From the human T2T-CHM13v2.0 reference genome, Homo sapiens, in NCBI RefSeq assembly GCF_009914755.1, contig NC_060941.1: a stretch of 64,000 nt of DNA. The stretch is one strand, 5' to 3'. Each line of letters starts with the position of its first letter. The stretch's first letter is position 1. Of the stretch, positions 16,478 through 33,476 are shown in pieces. The translations under genes were made by a program, and so were the position numbers. The notes below the pieces were generated by a model. That model saw nothing but the letters and a program-made list of their open reading frames with translations, ran no database searches and had not been told where the DNA came from.

Positions 16478-16773
16478 GGCCAGGCGCAGTGGTTCACGCC
16501 TGTAATCCCAGCACTTTGGGAGGCCGAGGTGGGTGGATCACCTGAGGTCAGGAGTTTGAGACCGGCTGGCCAACATGGTGAAACCCCATCTCTACTAAAA
16601 ATATAAGAATTAGCCGGGAGTGGTGGCGGGTGACTGTAATCCCAGCTACTTGAGAGGCTGAGGCAAGAGAACTGCTTGAAACCGGCGGGGGGGGGGAAGT
16701 TGCAGTGAGCCAAGATTGTGCCACTGCACTCCCACCTGGGTGACAGAGCAAAACTCTGTCTCATAAAAAAAAA
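16478..16773 (+). mobile_element. Alu (AluS-like)
   Basis: Alu consensus with target-site duplication aaagataatcaag. Confidence 0.95.
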
Positions 16774-17294
16774 GATAATCAAGGATTACCAGACTTTTAA
16801 GGAAGGTCTCCAGCATAAAAGATAGTCCCAGATAAACAAGTTGAAAAAAGGGAGGCCCGGAAAGAAACAATAGTGATGTTTTAAAAATATTTTAGAACAT
16901 TGTTTTAGTTCTTATTAAAAATCAAAAACAAAACAACAACAAACCCTCTAACTGGTGTTCTCAGAAAAGGCACTGCAGAAAACAAGATGTTATGAAAAAG
17001 GAAAAAGCTCAGAATAAAGAACTCTTGTGAGTTTAAAACCTGAGGGCTCAAATATTAAATGCAATAGTTCTTGCAGATAAAATCAAGGAAATCTTCCTGA
17101 AAGTAAGAAAAAGTACAAAGGTATCAAAGTATGACAGGAAATAAAGATTTGGAGAATCTAGGAGGCCCAACATCTTATCAAAAGAAGTTTCAGAAAGTGA
17201 GACATGGAGAAAAATAATGCTAGAAAATTATCAAAAAAGATTAATAATAATAGACAATTTCACACAGTTGAAGGATATGAGTCCTTCTCTAAAG

Positions 17295-17445
17295 CAATGC
17301 TGTCCAAAAACTATTTCCTGTGACGATGGGAATGTTCTGTGTCTGTACTGTTCCATAAGGCAGCGCCTTGCCATGGGAGCTCCTGGTCAGTCAAAATGAG
17401 CCTACTAGGACTGAGGAACTCAATTTTAAATCTTATTTCATTCCT
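17295..17445 (+). mobile_element. MER3-like hAT-Charlie MITE fragment
   Basis: gctgtccaa...gatgggaatgttctg...gactgaggaactcaattttaaat resembles MER3. Confidence 0.65.
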
Positions 17446-17855
17446 AATCATAACCTATCCATCAAGAATTCCTCTAGGTTCTACCTGCAAAGTAGATCCT
17501 GAATTTATTTCTTACCATTTCCACTGCTACCCCACAGTCCAAGCCACAATCACCTCTTGCCTAGATAACTATGACATCCTTCACTATTTATATTATTTTT
17601 AAAACTCTAAACAAATAAATTGCATTATTTTCATACAATTTTTAAAGTAATTTTAATGTCATTTTAGCCTTATAAAACTCAATCATAATGACAGAAGCAA
17701 AAATTTATCTTAGTTCCCAAAACTATAGTAGATTTATTTCTAGGTTTTGTTGTTTCCCTTAAAAGATACAGACCAAACTCCCGCAACATGTAATTTACCC
17801 ATATAACAAACCTGCACGCATACTCCACTGAACCTAAGATAAAAGCTGGAAACAG

Positions 17856-18129
17856 CATGTAGTCCCAGCACTTTTGGAGGCCGAGGTGGGCAGAGTGCTT
17901 AAGTTCAAGAGTTCAAGACCAGCTGGGTGACACAGGAAAACCCCATCTCCACCAAAAAATACAAAATTTAGCTGGGTGTGGTGGCATGCATCTGTAGTCC
18001 CAGCTACTTAGGGGGCTGAGGTGGGATGATCGCTTGAGCCTGGAAGGCAGAGGTTGCAGTGAGCTGAGATCATATACTGCACCTTGCGCCTGGGTGACAG
18101 AGGGAGACCTGGTCTTGAAAAAAAAAAAA
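17856..18129 (+). mobile_element. Alu (AluJ-like), preceded by a short L1 3' end (about 17770-17850)
   Basis: Alu consensus; upstream aatttacccatataacaaacctgcac is an L1 3' terminus. Confidence 0.88.
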
Positions 18130-18436
18130 GAGAGAGAGAGAGAGAGAGATACAGGCATACCTTGGAGATATTGCAGGTTTGGTGAGAGAGAGAGAGAGAG
18201 ATACAGACATACCTTGGAGATATTGCAGGTTTGGTGAGAGAGACAGAGAGATACAGACACACCTTGGAGATATTGCAGGTTTGGTTCCAAACTACTGCAA
18301 TACAGCTAATACTGCAATAATGTGAGTCACGTAAATTTTTTGGTTTTCCAGTGCATATAAAAATTATATTTATACTATACTATAATCTATTAAGTGTGCA
18401 ATAGCATTGTATGTTTAAAAAAACACAATGTATAAA

Positions 18437-18590
18437 GGCAAGCATGGTGTCACATGCCTGTAGGCCCAGCTACTTGGGAGGCTGAAGAGGGAGGATCATT
18501 TGAGCCCATGAGTTTGAGGCTTAAGTGAGTTATGATCACACCCATGAATAGCCACTGCATTCCAGCCTGTGCAACATAGTGAGACACTCT
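18437..18590 (+). mobile_element. Alu monomer (FRAM/AluJ-like) inside Tigger1
   Basis: Single Alu arm. Confidence 0.8.
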
Positions 18591-19046
18591 TTAAGACATT
18601 TTTTAAAATGTATATGGCTTAATTTTAAAATAATGTATTGCTTGTGATTCTCTGGCTAAAAAACTTAATCACAAAAAATACATACTGTATTGCTAAAAAA
18701 TGCTCACTGACCAGGGTGGTGGTTGCTGAAGGCTGAGGTGGCTGTGGCAATTTCTTAAAATAAGACAATAATAAAGTTTGCCGCATCAGTTGACTCTTCT
18801 TTTCACAAAAGATTTCCTTATAGCACACAAAGTTGTTTGATGGTATTTTACTCACAGAACTTCTTTCAAAATGGGAGTCAATCTTCTTAAGCCCTTCCAG
18901 TATTTTATCAACTAAATTTATGGAATATTCTAAATCCTTTGAACTCCTTTGTTGTCATTTCAACAATGTTCACAGCATCTTCCCAGGAGTAGATTCCATC
19001 ACAAAAAAACACTTTCTTTGTTCACCCATAACAAGAAATTTCTCAC

Positions 19047-19350
<304 letters not shown>

Positions 19351-22245
19351 AGGGAAGAAATTCCTCATCTACCCAAGTTCAATCATAAGATTACAGCAAG
19401 TTAGTCATATCAGGCTCCACTTCTAATTCTAGTTCTCTTGCTATTTCCACCACATCTGCAAGTTACTTCCTCCACTGACTTCTTGAACCCCTCAAAGGCA
19501 TCCATGGTGATGGAATCAACTTCTTCCAAACTCCCGTTCATATTGATATTTTGACCTCTTCCCAACAATCACAACAAGAAAGCGTTTTTTAGCAATACAG
19601 TATATATTTTTTGTTCTTAAATTTTTTAGCCAGAGAATCATTAATGGCATCTAGAATGGTGAATCCTTTCCAGAAGGTTTTTAATTTACTTTGTCCAGAT
19701 CCATCAGAGGAATCACTGTCTGTGGCAGCTATAGCCTTACAAAATGTATTTCTTAAATAAGACTTGAAAGTCAGAATGACTCATTGATCCATGGGCTGCA
19801 GAATGGATGTGTTAGCAGGCATGAAAACAACATTCATGTCCTTGCACAGCTCCATCAGAGTTCTTGGATGACCAACTGCATTGTCAATGAGCAGTAATAT
19901 TTTGAAAGGAATCTTTTTAAAAAATCCCACCCCCCCTCCCCCGCCCACCAGCAAAGCAGTAGGTCTCAATAGTGGGTTTAAAACATGGGTTAAACCATGC
20001 TGTAAATGGATATGCTGTCATCCAGTCTTTATTGTTCCATTTATAGAGCACAGGCAGCATGGATTCAGCATCATTCTTCAAAGCCTTAGGATTTTTGGAA
20101 TGGTAAACAAGCACTGGTTTCAACTTAAAGTTCACCAGCTGCATTAGTTCCTAACAAGACAGTCAGCCTGTTCCTCGAAGCTTTGAAGCCAGGTATTGAC
20201 TTCTTCCTCTCTACCTGAGAAAGTCCTAGACAGCATCTTCTTCCAATAAGAGGCTGTTTTGTCTACACAGAAAATCTGTAGTTTGGTGTAGCCATCTTCA
20301 TCAATGATCTTAGCTAGATCTTCTGGGTAACTTGCTGCAGCTTCTATATTAGCACTTGCTGTTTCACCTTGCACTTTTATGTTATGGGGATGGCTTCTTT
20401 CCTTAAACCTCATGAACCAACCTCTGCTAGCTTCCAACTTTTCTTCTCCAGCTTCTTCATCTATCTCCAGCCTTCACAGAATTGAAGAGAGTGAGGGTCT
20501 TGCTCTGGATTACGCTTTGGCTTAAGGGAATGTTGTGGCTGGTTTGATCTTCTAACCAGATCACTCAAACTTTCTCCACATCACTCAAACTTTCTCCACA
20601 TCAGCCATAAGGCTGTTTCATTACATTCTTATCATCTGTATATTCACTGAAGTAGCACTTTTAATTTCCTTCAAGAACTTTTCCTTTGCATTCCCAGCTT
20701 GGCTAACTGTTATAAGAGGCCTAGTTTTTGGCCAGTCTTAGCTTTTGACATGCCATTTTCACTAAGCTTAACCATTTCTAGTTTTTGATTTAAAGTGAGA
20801 GGCATGCAACTTGTCCTTTTACTTAAATAGAGGCCATGGTAGCATTGTTAACTGGCCTGATTTCAATACTGTTGTGTCTCAGGGAATAGGGAGACCCAAG
20901 GAGACTAAGTGATGGGGGAACAGCAAGTCAATGGAGCAGTCAGAATACACATAACACTGATTGCTCAAAAACAATCACAATAGCAACATCAAAGATTATT
21001 GATCACAACAGATAAAGAAATAATGAAAAAGTTTAAAATACTGTGAGAATTGTCAAAATGTGATACAGAGGCACAAAGTGAGCACGTGCTGTCAGAAAAA
21101 TGGCGCTTATAGACTTGCTCAACATGGGGTTACCATAAACCTTCAATTTGTAAAAACTATAATATCTGTGAAATGCAATAAAGCAAAGTACAATAAAACA
21201 AGGCATGCCCATATACTGAAATAAATGTGACTTTGCAACACAGTGCATCAAAATCAATTTGGGTCTAAATTTTAAAAAATGCCATTTGAAGCATCTCAGA
21301 GGCAAGGGCACTTATAATTTACAAATAGTATTTTCCTACCAAGCAATATTATTTTCCTATACATCCATATACAAGGTCATAGAAGGGATACCAGAACGAA
21401 TACAATATTACATCTCAGAGAAAAACGTCAGGTTCACTGCTGTGACATTTGGAGCTACCTTGAATCTATCTGACTCTTGTTTACTGTTCTTGAATATGAA
21501 ACAGTGAATTAACAATTATAGAGCACAACAGCTCTTACAATGAGCAAATGTTGGGGTGGATAGGAAATAAAATAGTTTGCAGTAAAAGTTTACTCTTTGA
21601 CCCACAACTATTTGAATTTTCTCTGAAGATTCATAATTATTAAAACTAAATAAATTTTCCAGCTTTTGGAAAAAATGTAATGCTGGAGAATGTGTTTTAT
21701 TCTTAAAGAATGTGGAGAAATTAAGTACATTTCTGATATTTGAGATCTCTAAATTAATCATTTGAGCAGTCAAACATTTAGCAGCTACAACTGGATACAA
21801 TTCAAGAAATCAAGAATTCTAAAATGAACTAGCTCCCTTTCTCCCCACCACCCAGAAAAAATAAAAGGCAAATTTTACACAACTGAAGATTGAATTCTTC
21901 ACAAGAACATAATTTTGCTTTTCCCCCACATCTAGTTCTGTGTAATTGCAATCATTTCTCATTTTCTAAGAATAAACCTTACTCATGGAATAGAGATCTG
22001 AAGAGCAGTGTGATGCTTCAGAAACAGCATGGGACTGTCAGGAGTCTCCACTCCCTTGAGTTAATAACTGCTTAAGTTACAAGTCCTTTAATATCTTTGT
22101 GCCTCGGTTTCCTTTTAAAAGGGGGGAGTTAAATGATCTTTAAGGCCTGACTAGTTCCAAAGTTACAAGATTTAAAGTCTTTGATAAATCAAAGTCTTTT
22201 TCAATAAGAATATATTTTAACTTTTAATTAAAAATGTCCAAACAA

Positions 22246-22587
<342 letters not shown>

Positions 22588-24607
22588 TCAACAATTTGAT
22601 AGACTCGCTAAAATATTCCAAGTGTGATGACAAATCCAAGCCTATTTATGTGATTTAAATCCAGAAAACTATAGGACATGCTAACTGACTGCAATGAAAT
22701 GGATTCTGGGCAACAAGTTTAAAATGTCCTTTTTTCCTCTGCCAGAGGGTACTTCCTATACAGTAAAGGCCCCCAAACCAAAATTTTAGAAAAACATCTG
22801 TAGCCTACAAAAGAAAAATATTTCTGACAGAGAAATCCCTTTACATCTCTATCAACACTGTAGCTTTGTGGGCCCCTAGGCTGTTTAAACATACTTTCCT
22901 TCCTTTCTGTTCTCATTTCTTATTTATTCTTGTTTCTATTCTTATCTTTTATTTTCTTTTCTTATTTCTTGACTTTGTTTCCTATTGCTTTCGCCCAGTT
23001 CTGTTTCGGGAAGTGAGTATTCCTTCTACATACATCTTCAGCCAATCAGATTGTTCCTTTATTTTCGGATGGCAACCCTACCAATGACTGATGCTCAGGT
23101 TTAATTTTAGAGTCCTCAGGTCTTAAATAATTTCATTAATGTTGTTTAAAGGCTCATTTACCCTGCCAGAGAGATTCTTAAAGAGATTCTGGGTTCAGTA
23201 TCAACTCCATATATGATTGTGTGTTTATAAATATGCTTCATGTTTTACTGTGAGATTATGGTACTACACATATAATCACGATTTTCAAATTCTGCTAATA
23301 TTTCTTTCCAAATATTAAAATGTAATGCTAACATTTCAAAAGCCATTTAATACATGAAATCTAAGAAAGAAGGAAAAAACTAAACTACAAAACTCATGTA
23401 TAAATTTTTACTGTTAAAGATAGTTTTAGTTTGAGTAAAAACTCCTAATTTGCTTACCACTGTCTTATAAGATATACCTCTAATATATGACGTTATCAAG
23501 CCATTTCACCTGTGTGTATATAAATAGATAACTGGGGAAAGGTCAGCAACTTAATTAATAAGGGCTCTATTTATAATTATGCCATCAAAGCTAATCACCA
23601 AGTAAGAGCTAAATACACTAGTTGAAATTCTAAGTCTCATTAACGATGGTGCCAGAAATTTTAATTAAAATAGAACATCTCATTTAAATATTAGCTTTGA
23701 TAATTTAAGCATGAATAGAGGTCTAATTTATTAATTTGCTGATCACTGTTACATGCATTAGATGGTTTATTAGATATCATACATTAATGATCTCTTTGAG
23801 AAGCTATGTCAGAGAAGACAGCAATATTTCTACCTCGTTATACAACACAAGTCATAAGCTATCACCATCTATTCCTAAAGTGAGAATAGGCAATAATCAA
23901 CCAAGATTATAATCTTCAAGATACATCTGTACAATACTTTCCTCTAAAAAAGAGAAATTGGGGGAGTCACGATGATTAGACAACAGTATGTTGAAATTAA
24001 AATTATCAACTAATTTAAAACAAGAGTTGTTTGAAAGAAAAAATGAAAATAGATGGCTCAAAGTGTCTCTGTTGAAAAACCAACACACAGAACAAGAAAT
24101 AGTTCAAAGCAGACACATCACTGAAACATGTATGTCATCTCTAAGATGATGTAAGTAAATGTCGATTTACTGAAAGCTGATCAAAGTAAGTGACTTACTA
24201 GCATTCCATTTTTATCAGAAAGCCATTACAATATCACAACACAAAAATGAGCCATTTCACAAGCCAACTCCGAGACTTTTACAAAGATGCCTTCAAAAAG
24301 GATTTTCTATTTATTCCTTATGAGCACTTTTAATCAAACTACTCCATAGTGAAGCACATCTTAAATGGCAAAAGCTTTCCTTTGCACCAGTATCAACATT
24401 GCTACATAATCGTTTTGAGAATTTGTCCCTGAAGATAAAATGACTGAAAAGTATAATGGAAAAAAAAGGTCCCATTAATAACAAAAACAAAACAAAACAC
24501 ATCACTCTAAGAATATTGGAAATACTCAAGATTTAAATGAAGATGCTACAGATTTTTGAAGAGGAACATTCAAAAAATAAGAGAGAGAGAGAAAGAAAGA
24601 AGAGAGA

Positions 24608-24966
<359 letters not shown>

Positions 24967-27941
24967 TTAAATGAGAAGTATTTGTAAAGATAAAATTTCC
25001 CTCAATTTAAGCTACAAGTTTAATGTATTTCAAATAAAAAGCCAAGAAGGGTGTGTAGAGGTGGGACAGAGGAGGAGGAAAGAGTTCATAAAGTTATTTT
25101 AAATTTTTTTTTAGTAGTAAAACCACAGAATGACCCTCCTCCCCCATCCACTCCATGCCCCACATATAGAAACTGGAAGGGAAAAAGTAATAAGGGAGAC
25201 TTTAAACTACTGGGTTAGAATGCCACAAAATCTCAAAACTTAAAACAGTATAATTCTAGCACAGAAACTTATAGATGAAGAAAAACACAAAGTCCAGAAA
25301 TAGATCACAATATGTAATGAAGAAATACATCTTACTCAGAGGTTAGAGTATTAAATTATCATGCAAAGTGAAAAATCCCACACAGATAAAAATTACCTTT
25401 GAAAAATCCTTAATCATGCCAAAATTACTAAAAACTGAACTTTTGGAAGCTCAGAGGTCAAGAATTAACTTCTGTTGTTTCTCTCTGCATTTCATTTTGC
25501 ACTACCCCCACCCCTCGGAGCAAGTATGATACAGTGCTATTGCAAAGAATTTGGAAAGTGACATCTCTTTAGTGAGAATGTAATAATTCCAAAAAGACAG
25601 GAAGACAACTGGCTAAACGTCTAGAGAAAATGTAAACACTAATCCCAAGCTTACACTGGCATTTAAAATCAAATTGGAGCAATTTATCAATCTATTGGCA
25701 ATTGGGGATGGTCTACTGCCTGGCTCAGGAGAAGATGGCACTTTGCCCTTTGTTGTCCTCCTCATCCCATCACACCTGTAAGGACCGGAAGTGGGAAAGG
25801 ATGCAGGCAGTACTGCCAGACCACAATGTCCAGCCTTAGCCAAGCAGCCAAGGGCCATGGCTTTTGCTGCGTTTGAGGTGGGGAAGGAAAATCCATGGAG
25901 TTAAGCCTAATTATCTACATGAGAATAGTCTAAAAATTGAAAGTAGCAAAAAATGTTACAGAATGGGACCAAGATCCCATTCAGTGGTGATATAGGTGGG
26001 CATAGCAATTGGGGGAAGGGCAGAGAGAAATTGTTTCAAGTTTTCCCAACAAATAATCTCCCTCCATTAATGGATCATACATTCACATCTATAAATGCTA
26101 GGAAAGGCTAAATGTTATAGTAGGTATCTTTGTCTAGTTAAATTATAAATAATTTCTCTAACTTCTACATTTTCTGTGCTGGCCATGTATTTCATTTGTC
26201 ACAAGAAAATCAAAATTACTATAAAAAGAAAAAACAAGTGAAACATAATGTAACCAACCATTTCCATTTAAATGAACTGTTACACTAACATCCAGATATC
26301 ATCCCACAAGATTAATCTACTAAGTTTTCTGGGAATAAAAGGATCCATAGTGGGAGGGAAAAGCCTTTTCTTTGTTGTTAACGTTAAAGAAATTATTTTA
26401 AAAGGTTGGAAATAAACAGCAAGCACATCAATCATTCACTTTGTGAGATGATTCATGCAAAAGCATTTTGAACAGACTAAAGTTACCCTAATACACTGAA
26501 AATGTGAAAATCTGCAATGTGCTAAAAAAATATTATCTTTGTCAAATAAATTTTTCAGTGTTGTCAGTAAATCACTCATTTGTGAATCTCATGCAACAAA
26601 ATAAAACTGACCAAATGTTTTTGCAAAAGTAAATTTCACTCTAAGAACCCACTGACAATGAAAGGTACTTATTCACACACAAACAAAGATAACAGAAATA
26701 TCAGACATTAAGAGCACCAAGGTACAAAAAGCTTAAATTCCAAAATTAAGGCCCATTTAAAAAGATCAATGACTAAAGTAGATTATTCAATATGAAGTAT
26801 TATTTAGTAAAGTACAAAACTTCATAAAACCTATAAAAACTTTGGCACACAGTTCCCCCTCATATCATGAACTCATTTGGCAGGTTAAATAAAAACATCA
26901 TAAGTGATATCAGCAAAAATGGCAGAGTGAGAAACTCCAAAGTCCATCCCTCCATAAAAACAGAAAAAAATTGGCAAAAGCTGTCATAATCCATTTTTTG
27001 GGAACCTAGAAACCTAATTAAAAGCTTGTGGCAACCAGAAAAACAATCAAGAATTAAGCAAGAAAAAGAAATAAAAGGCATTCAGATTGGAAAGGAAGAA
27101 TGAAACTATTTTTATTTGTAGATGACATTATCTTCCATATAAAAAAGCCTAAGATATCTACAAAAAAATCTGTTAATAGAGTTCAGCAAGATTGCAGATA
27201 CACAATCAATATATCATCATGTGGTTAAACACTAGCAATGAACAATCAAAAAATGAAATTAAGAAAACAATTCCATTTATGATAGCATGAGAAAGAATAA
27301 AATGCTTAGGAATAAATTTAACAAAAGAAGTGCAAGACTTATACTTGGAAAATTACAAAATACTGTTGAAAGAAATGTTAAGCGTCCTGAACAAATAGAA
27401 AGATGTCCATGTTCAGGTACTCGAAGACTTAATATTGTTAAGGTTGCAATACTCCCCAAATTAATCTAGAGATTTAAAGCAATTCTTTTTTTAAATGTCA
27501 GCTGGCTTTTTTTCTGAAGAAATTAGTAAGCTGATCCTAAACCTCACATGAGAAAATTCAAGGAACCCAGAATAGCCAAAACAATCTTCCAAAAGAACAA
27601 AATATAAGGACTCATACTTCCAATTCCAAAACTTACTACAATACTACAGTGTACAATACAGTGTGGTACTGGCAGAAAGACAGACACACAGATAAATGAA
27701 ATACAATGGAGAATCCACAAATAAACCCAGCATCTACAGTCAACTGATTTTTGACAATGTTGCCAAGACTATTCAATGGGGGAAAGGAGTCTTTTCAAAA
27801 GCGGTGCTGAGAAAACTGTATGGCCACATGCAAAAGAATGAATTTGATACCCACCTCACACAATATACAAAAATTAACTCAAAATGGACCAAAGAACTAA
27901 GAACCAAGTGTAAGAGGTAAAACTATAAAACTATAAAAAGG

Positions 27942-28475
<534 letters not shown>

Positions 28476-28622
28476 TTATAACTAAGTAACAAAAAAATAA
28501 CCATTTTTTTAAATGGCTGAAGCATATGAATAGACATTTCTCCAAAAAAGATACAAATGACCAAGAAGCACATGCAAAGATGTCAACATCATCAGTAAAT
28601 AGGGAAATGCATATCAAAACTA

Positions 28623-29102
<480 letters not shown>

Positions 29103-30091
29103 TCACCCAAGAACTCCACTCCTAAGTTACAGTGTGGATGCACTTCAAAAGCCAGATATAAAAGGCCACATAATGTATGACTCAATTTTTATGAAATGTC
29201 TCCATAGACACAGAAAGTAGATTAGTGGTTACTAATCTGAGAGTGGGGAAATTGGGGTGTAATTGCTTAACAGTTATGGGGTTTCTTTTATGGGTGATGA
29301 AATGTTCTGGAATTAGACAGTAGTGATGACTGTATAACATTGTGAATACACTAAAATCCACCAAATTGTACAATTTAAAATGGCTAAAATGGTGACTTTT
29401 ATGTGAATTTTATTATAAATAGCTAAAACATCACTTAACTGAAAATTACATTACTGATCAGTTGTAAAACTACTGTTCATTATAATCTGAAAGACTGTCA
29501 GATGTGTGCCAAATTTTTGTAAAGTATGGTTCCAAAATTCTAGATCCTCACAATACATATATGTAGATACCAATTCATCTTTATTGTGCTTCTAACTTAC
29601 TTTAAGAGCCTAAAATCACAGTAAGTTGTTTTAATGACAGCTATACAGAATGAGCCAATCAATGAATACTGGGACAATTTGAACAGACTGCCTCTAAATC
29701 CCTACAAATAAGACATACAGCTTTCCCTATGAATCTTGACTTTTAATTAGCATCTATAGCAGGCAACTTGTAAAATGTGAATCAATTATTTCTAATGGCC
29801 TTTAGATATCATTCTGAAACTGCCAAAATGAAGCTAATATCAAAAAAGTATTTTTCATATATCAAAATTAGAAATCTTTATCCTGATTTAAGATGTCTCT
29901 GTCTGATATGACTACAACCGGCTTTACACATTTTTATCTTTAATCACTGCAAATTTAATGGGATCAGCTAGACATTTTTGTAGCCTACACCACATGGTAC
30001 TGCTTTGGAAGTTTTATAACCTGGAATTACTAAGTTTTTCATAGGAAAAAAAAGTCCATAAAGATGCTCTTTAGAAATATCTAAGTATTTT

Positions 30092-30395
30092 ACTTTATTT
30101 ATTTATTTTTTTTTTTGAGACAGAGTCTTGCTCTGTCGCCCACGCTGGAGTGCAGTGGCATATCTTGGCTCACTGCAAGCTCAGCCTCCCGGGTTCACGC
30201 CATTCTCCTGCCTCAGCCTCCCGAGTAGCTGGGACTACAGGCGCCCGCCACCACGCCCAGCTAATTTTTTCTATTTTTAGTAGAGACGGGGTTTCACCGT
30301 GTTAGCCAGGATGGTCTCGATCTCCTGACCTCGTGATCTGCCCGCCTCGGCCTCCCCAAGTGCTGGGATTACAAGCGTGAGCCACTGCACCCGGC
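30092..30395 (-). mobile_element. AluY
   Basis: Target-site duplication agaaatatctaagtatttt. Confidence 0.95.
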
Positions 30396-30928
30396 AGAAA
30401 TATCTAAGTATTTTAAGATAAAATTCAGTTTAACTTAAAATGCTTAGTTTAGCACAGTCAATTTTATGTTAAAAATCTGCAAATTCTGATATTTGGGAAT
30501 CAGAGTCCCTGGGTCTAACAAAGCACCAGGCTGAGTGGCAGGAGAAGGAGCACAGCACTTGGAGCTGGCACTGGCTGAAAAGCCAGCATCTTTGGAAAGT
30601 TCTCATTAACAAATTTATAATTAACACATGTAACTTAAAGCGAAAAGAAGAATCACTAAAAGCCATTTCCTCAGATTAAAAAAAGACAAAGCTCCTTGAA
30701 TAGAGTCCTCAGATATTCAATATTTTCTTTAAACAGCAATAAAAGACTTTTAAGGGGCTTCATGTTTCAACAAAAGTGTCCACTTTACAAAACCTGAAAT
30801 ACAATAGGAGGGTGGCAATTAAAATAATTCCCAAGAAAGGATTATCTTTAATACGCTGTTAAATTCAATAAGATCTGTGCCTTCCTATTATCAAATCAAT
30901 AAATACTGATATTTTTCACAATCAGCTA

Positions 30929-31519
<591 letters not shown>

Positions 31520-32223
31520 TCACATTAAGGAAAGCTTAGTCAACTACACATGTATTTTCAACAAACAAAATCATAGTACTAATAACTAGAACTGGCATTA
31601 ATTCATCTCAGATGTAAGCATTAACACTCAATAGATGCTGAGGTGAAGAAATTAAATATGCTCAATTACCTGATTTCTTTCTGTTCCCATTGTATTAAAA
31701 ACATCTGTCCTTGTCTCTATACAGCTTTGACAACTGGAAGTTATAAAAGGTCACCATGATGGTGGACCTTATTCAGAAGGGATTAGGAAACACTTCAGAG
31801 CATTCATGTGACACTGGCCACAAAAACAAGCTTAGAGTTAGGACCAAATACTCATATGTAGCTGGAATTATAGGAATGTAGAATTCTGTGCCACCATAAA
31901 AATAATTAATGATATAATTTTTAGCTTTTAACCACGAATTTACTCCTGTCTTTATTCATTCTTTGCAAGTATTACTACTAAATAAAAAAAGCTGCTCACA
32001 GTGATGGTATGTTTCTCTCGCAGAAAAGACCACAAAGTAAGGGAACAAGTTAATTTCCAACCCATAGTAGATCATCCATGCCTAAATTTGTAGAAGAGTT
32101 ACTTCTAAATGAGTTTTCTGTATTTTAGAGTCAACAAGAGAACTGTGTAGCGTGTGCTTGGAAGGCCAGCATCCAATTTCTCTGAGGCAATATTCCAGCT
32201 TGAAGCTAAAAGGACTACAGTCA

Positions 32224-32571
<348 letters not shown>

Positions 32572-32882
32572 TTAAAGTTTTTTACTAACATATTTTCTCC
32601 ACAAAGACAAAGGACGTAGCTACAAATTTGGTTTTGGTAAGAAGTAAATGTTTTCTAAATTTGCCAGAAATCAGTTATGGTGATGATGATGACAACTCTT
32701 CCTCACTTACATAATGATGATCCTGACATCCACTGGATACTATCATACAGCATTTAGAACTAGTTTCTGATTATCACACTAAATGGGGGGGTTTTGCTAG
32801 CATTATTTGAAGAAACAATTCAATCTTAACCCAAAATGATATTATACAGTCCAAGTCATGTTAAGTAATCTCTGAATTTTCA

Positions 32883-33476
<594 letters not shown>

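Noticed and set aside
16687-16696. G10 run inside an Alu
   Set aside because: Simple homopolymer drift of the Alu GGGAGGCGGAGG segment with no functional indication.
18130-18285. Repeat-spacer pattern resembling a CRISPR array
   Set aside because: The spacers are (GA)n, the repeats are the Tigger1 terminus, there are no cas genes, and the DNA is eukaryotic.
19781-20437. Tigger transposase ORFs as a domesticated TIGD-like gene
   Set aside because: Split over several short ORFs by stops and frameshifts, with a G-rich insert; a decayed fossil.
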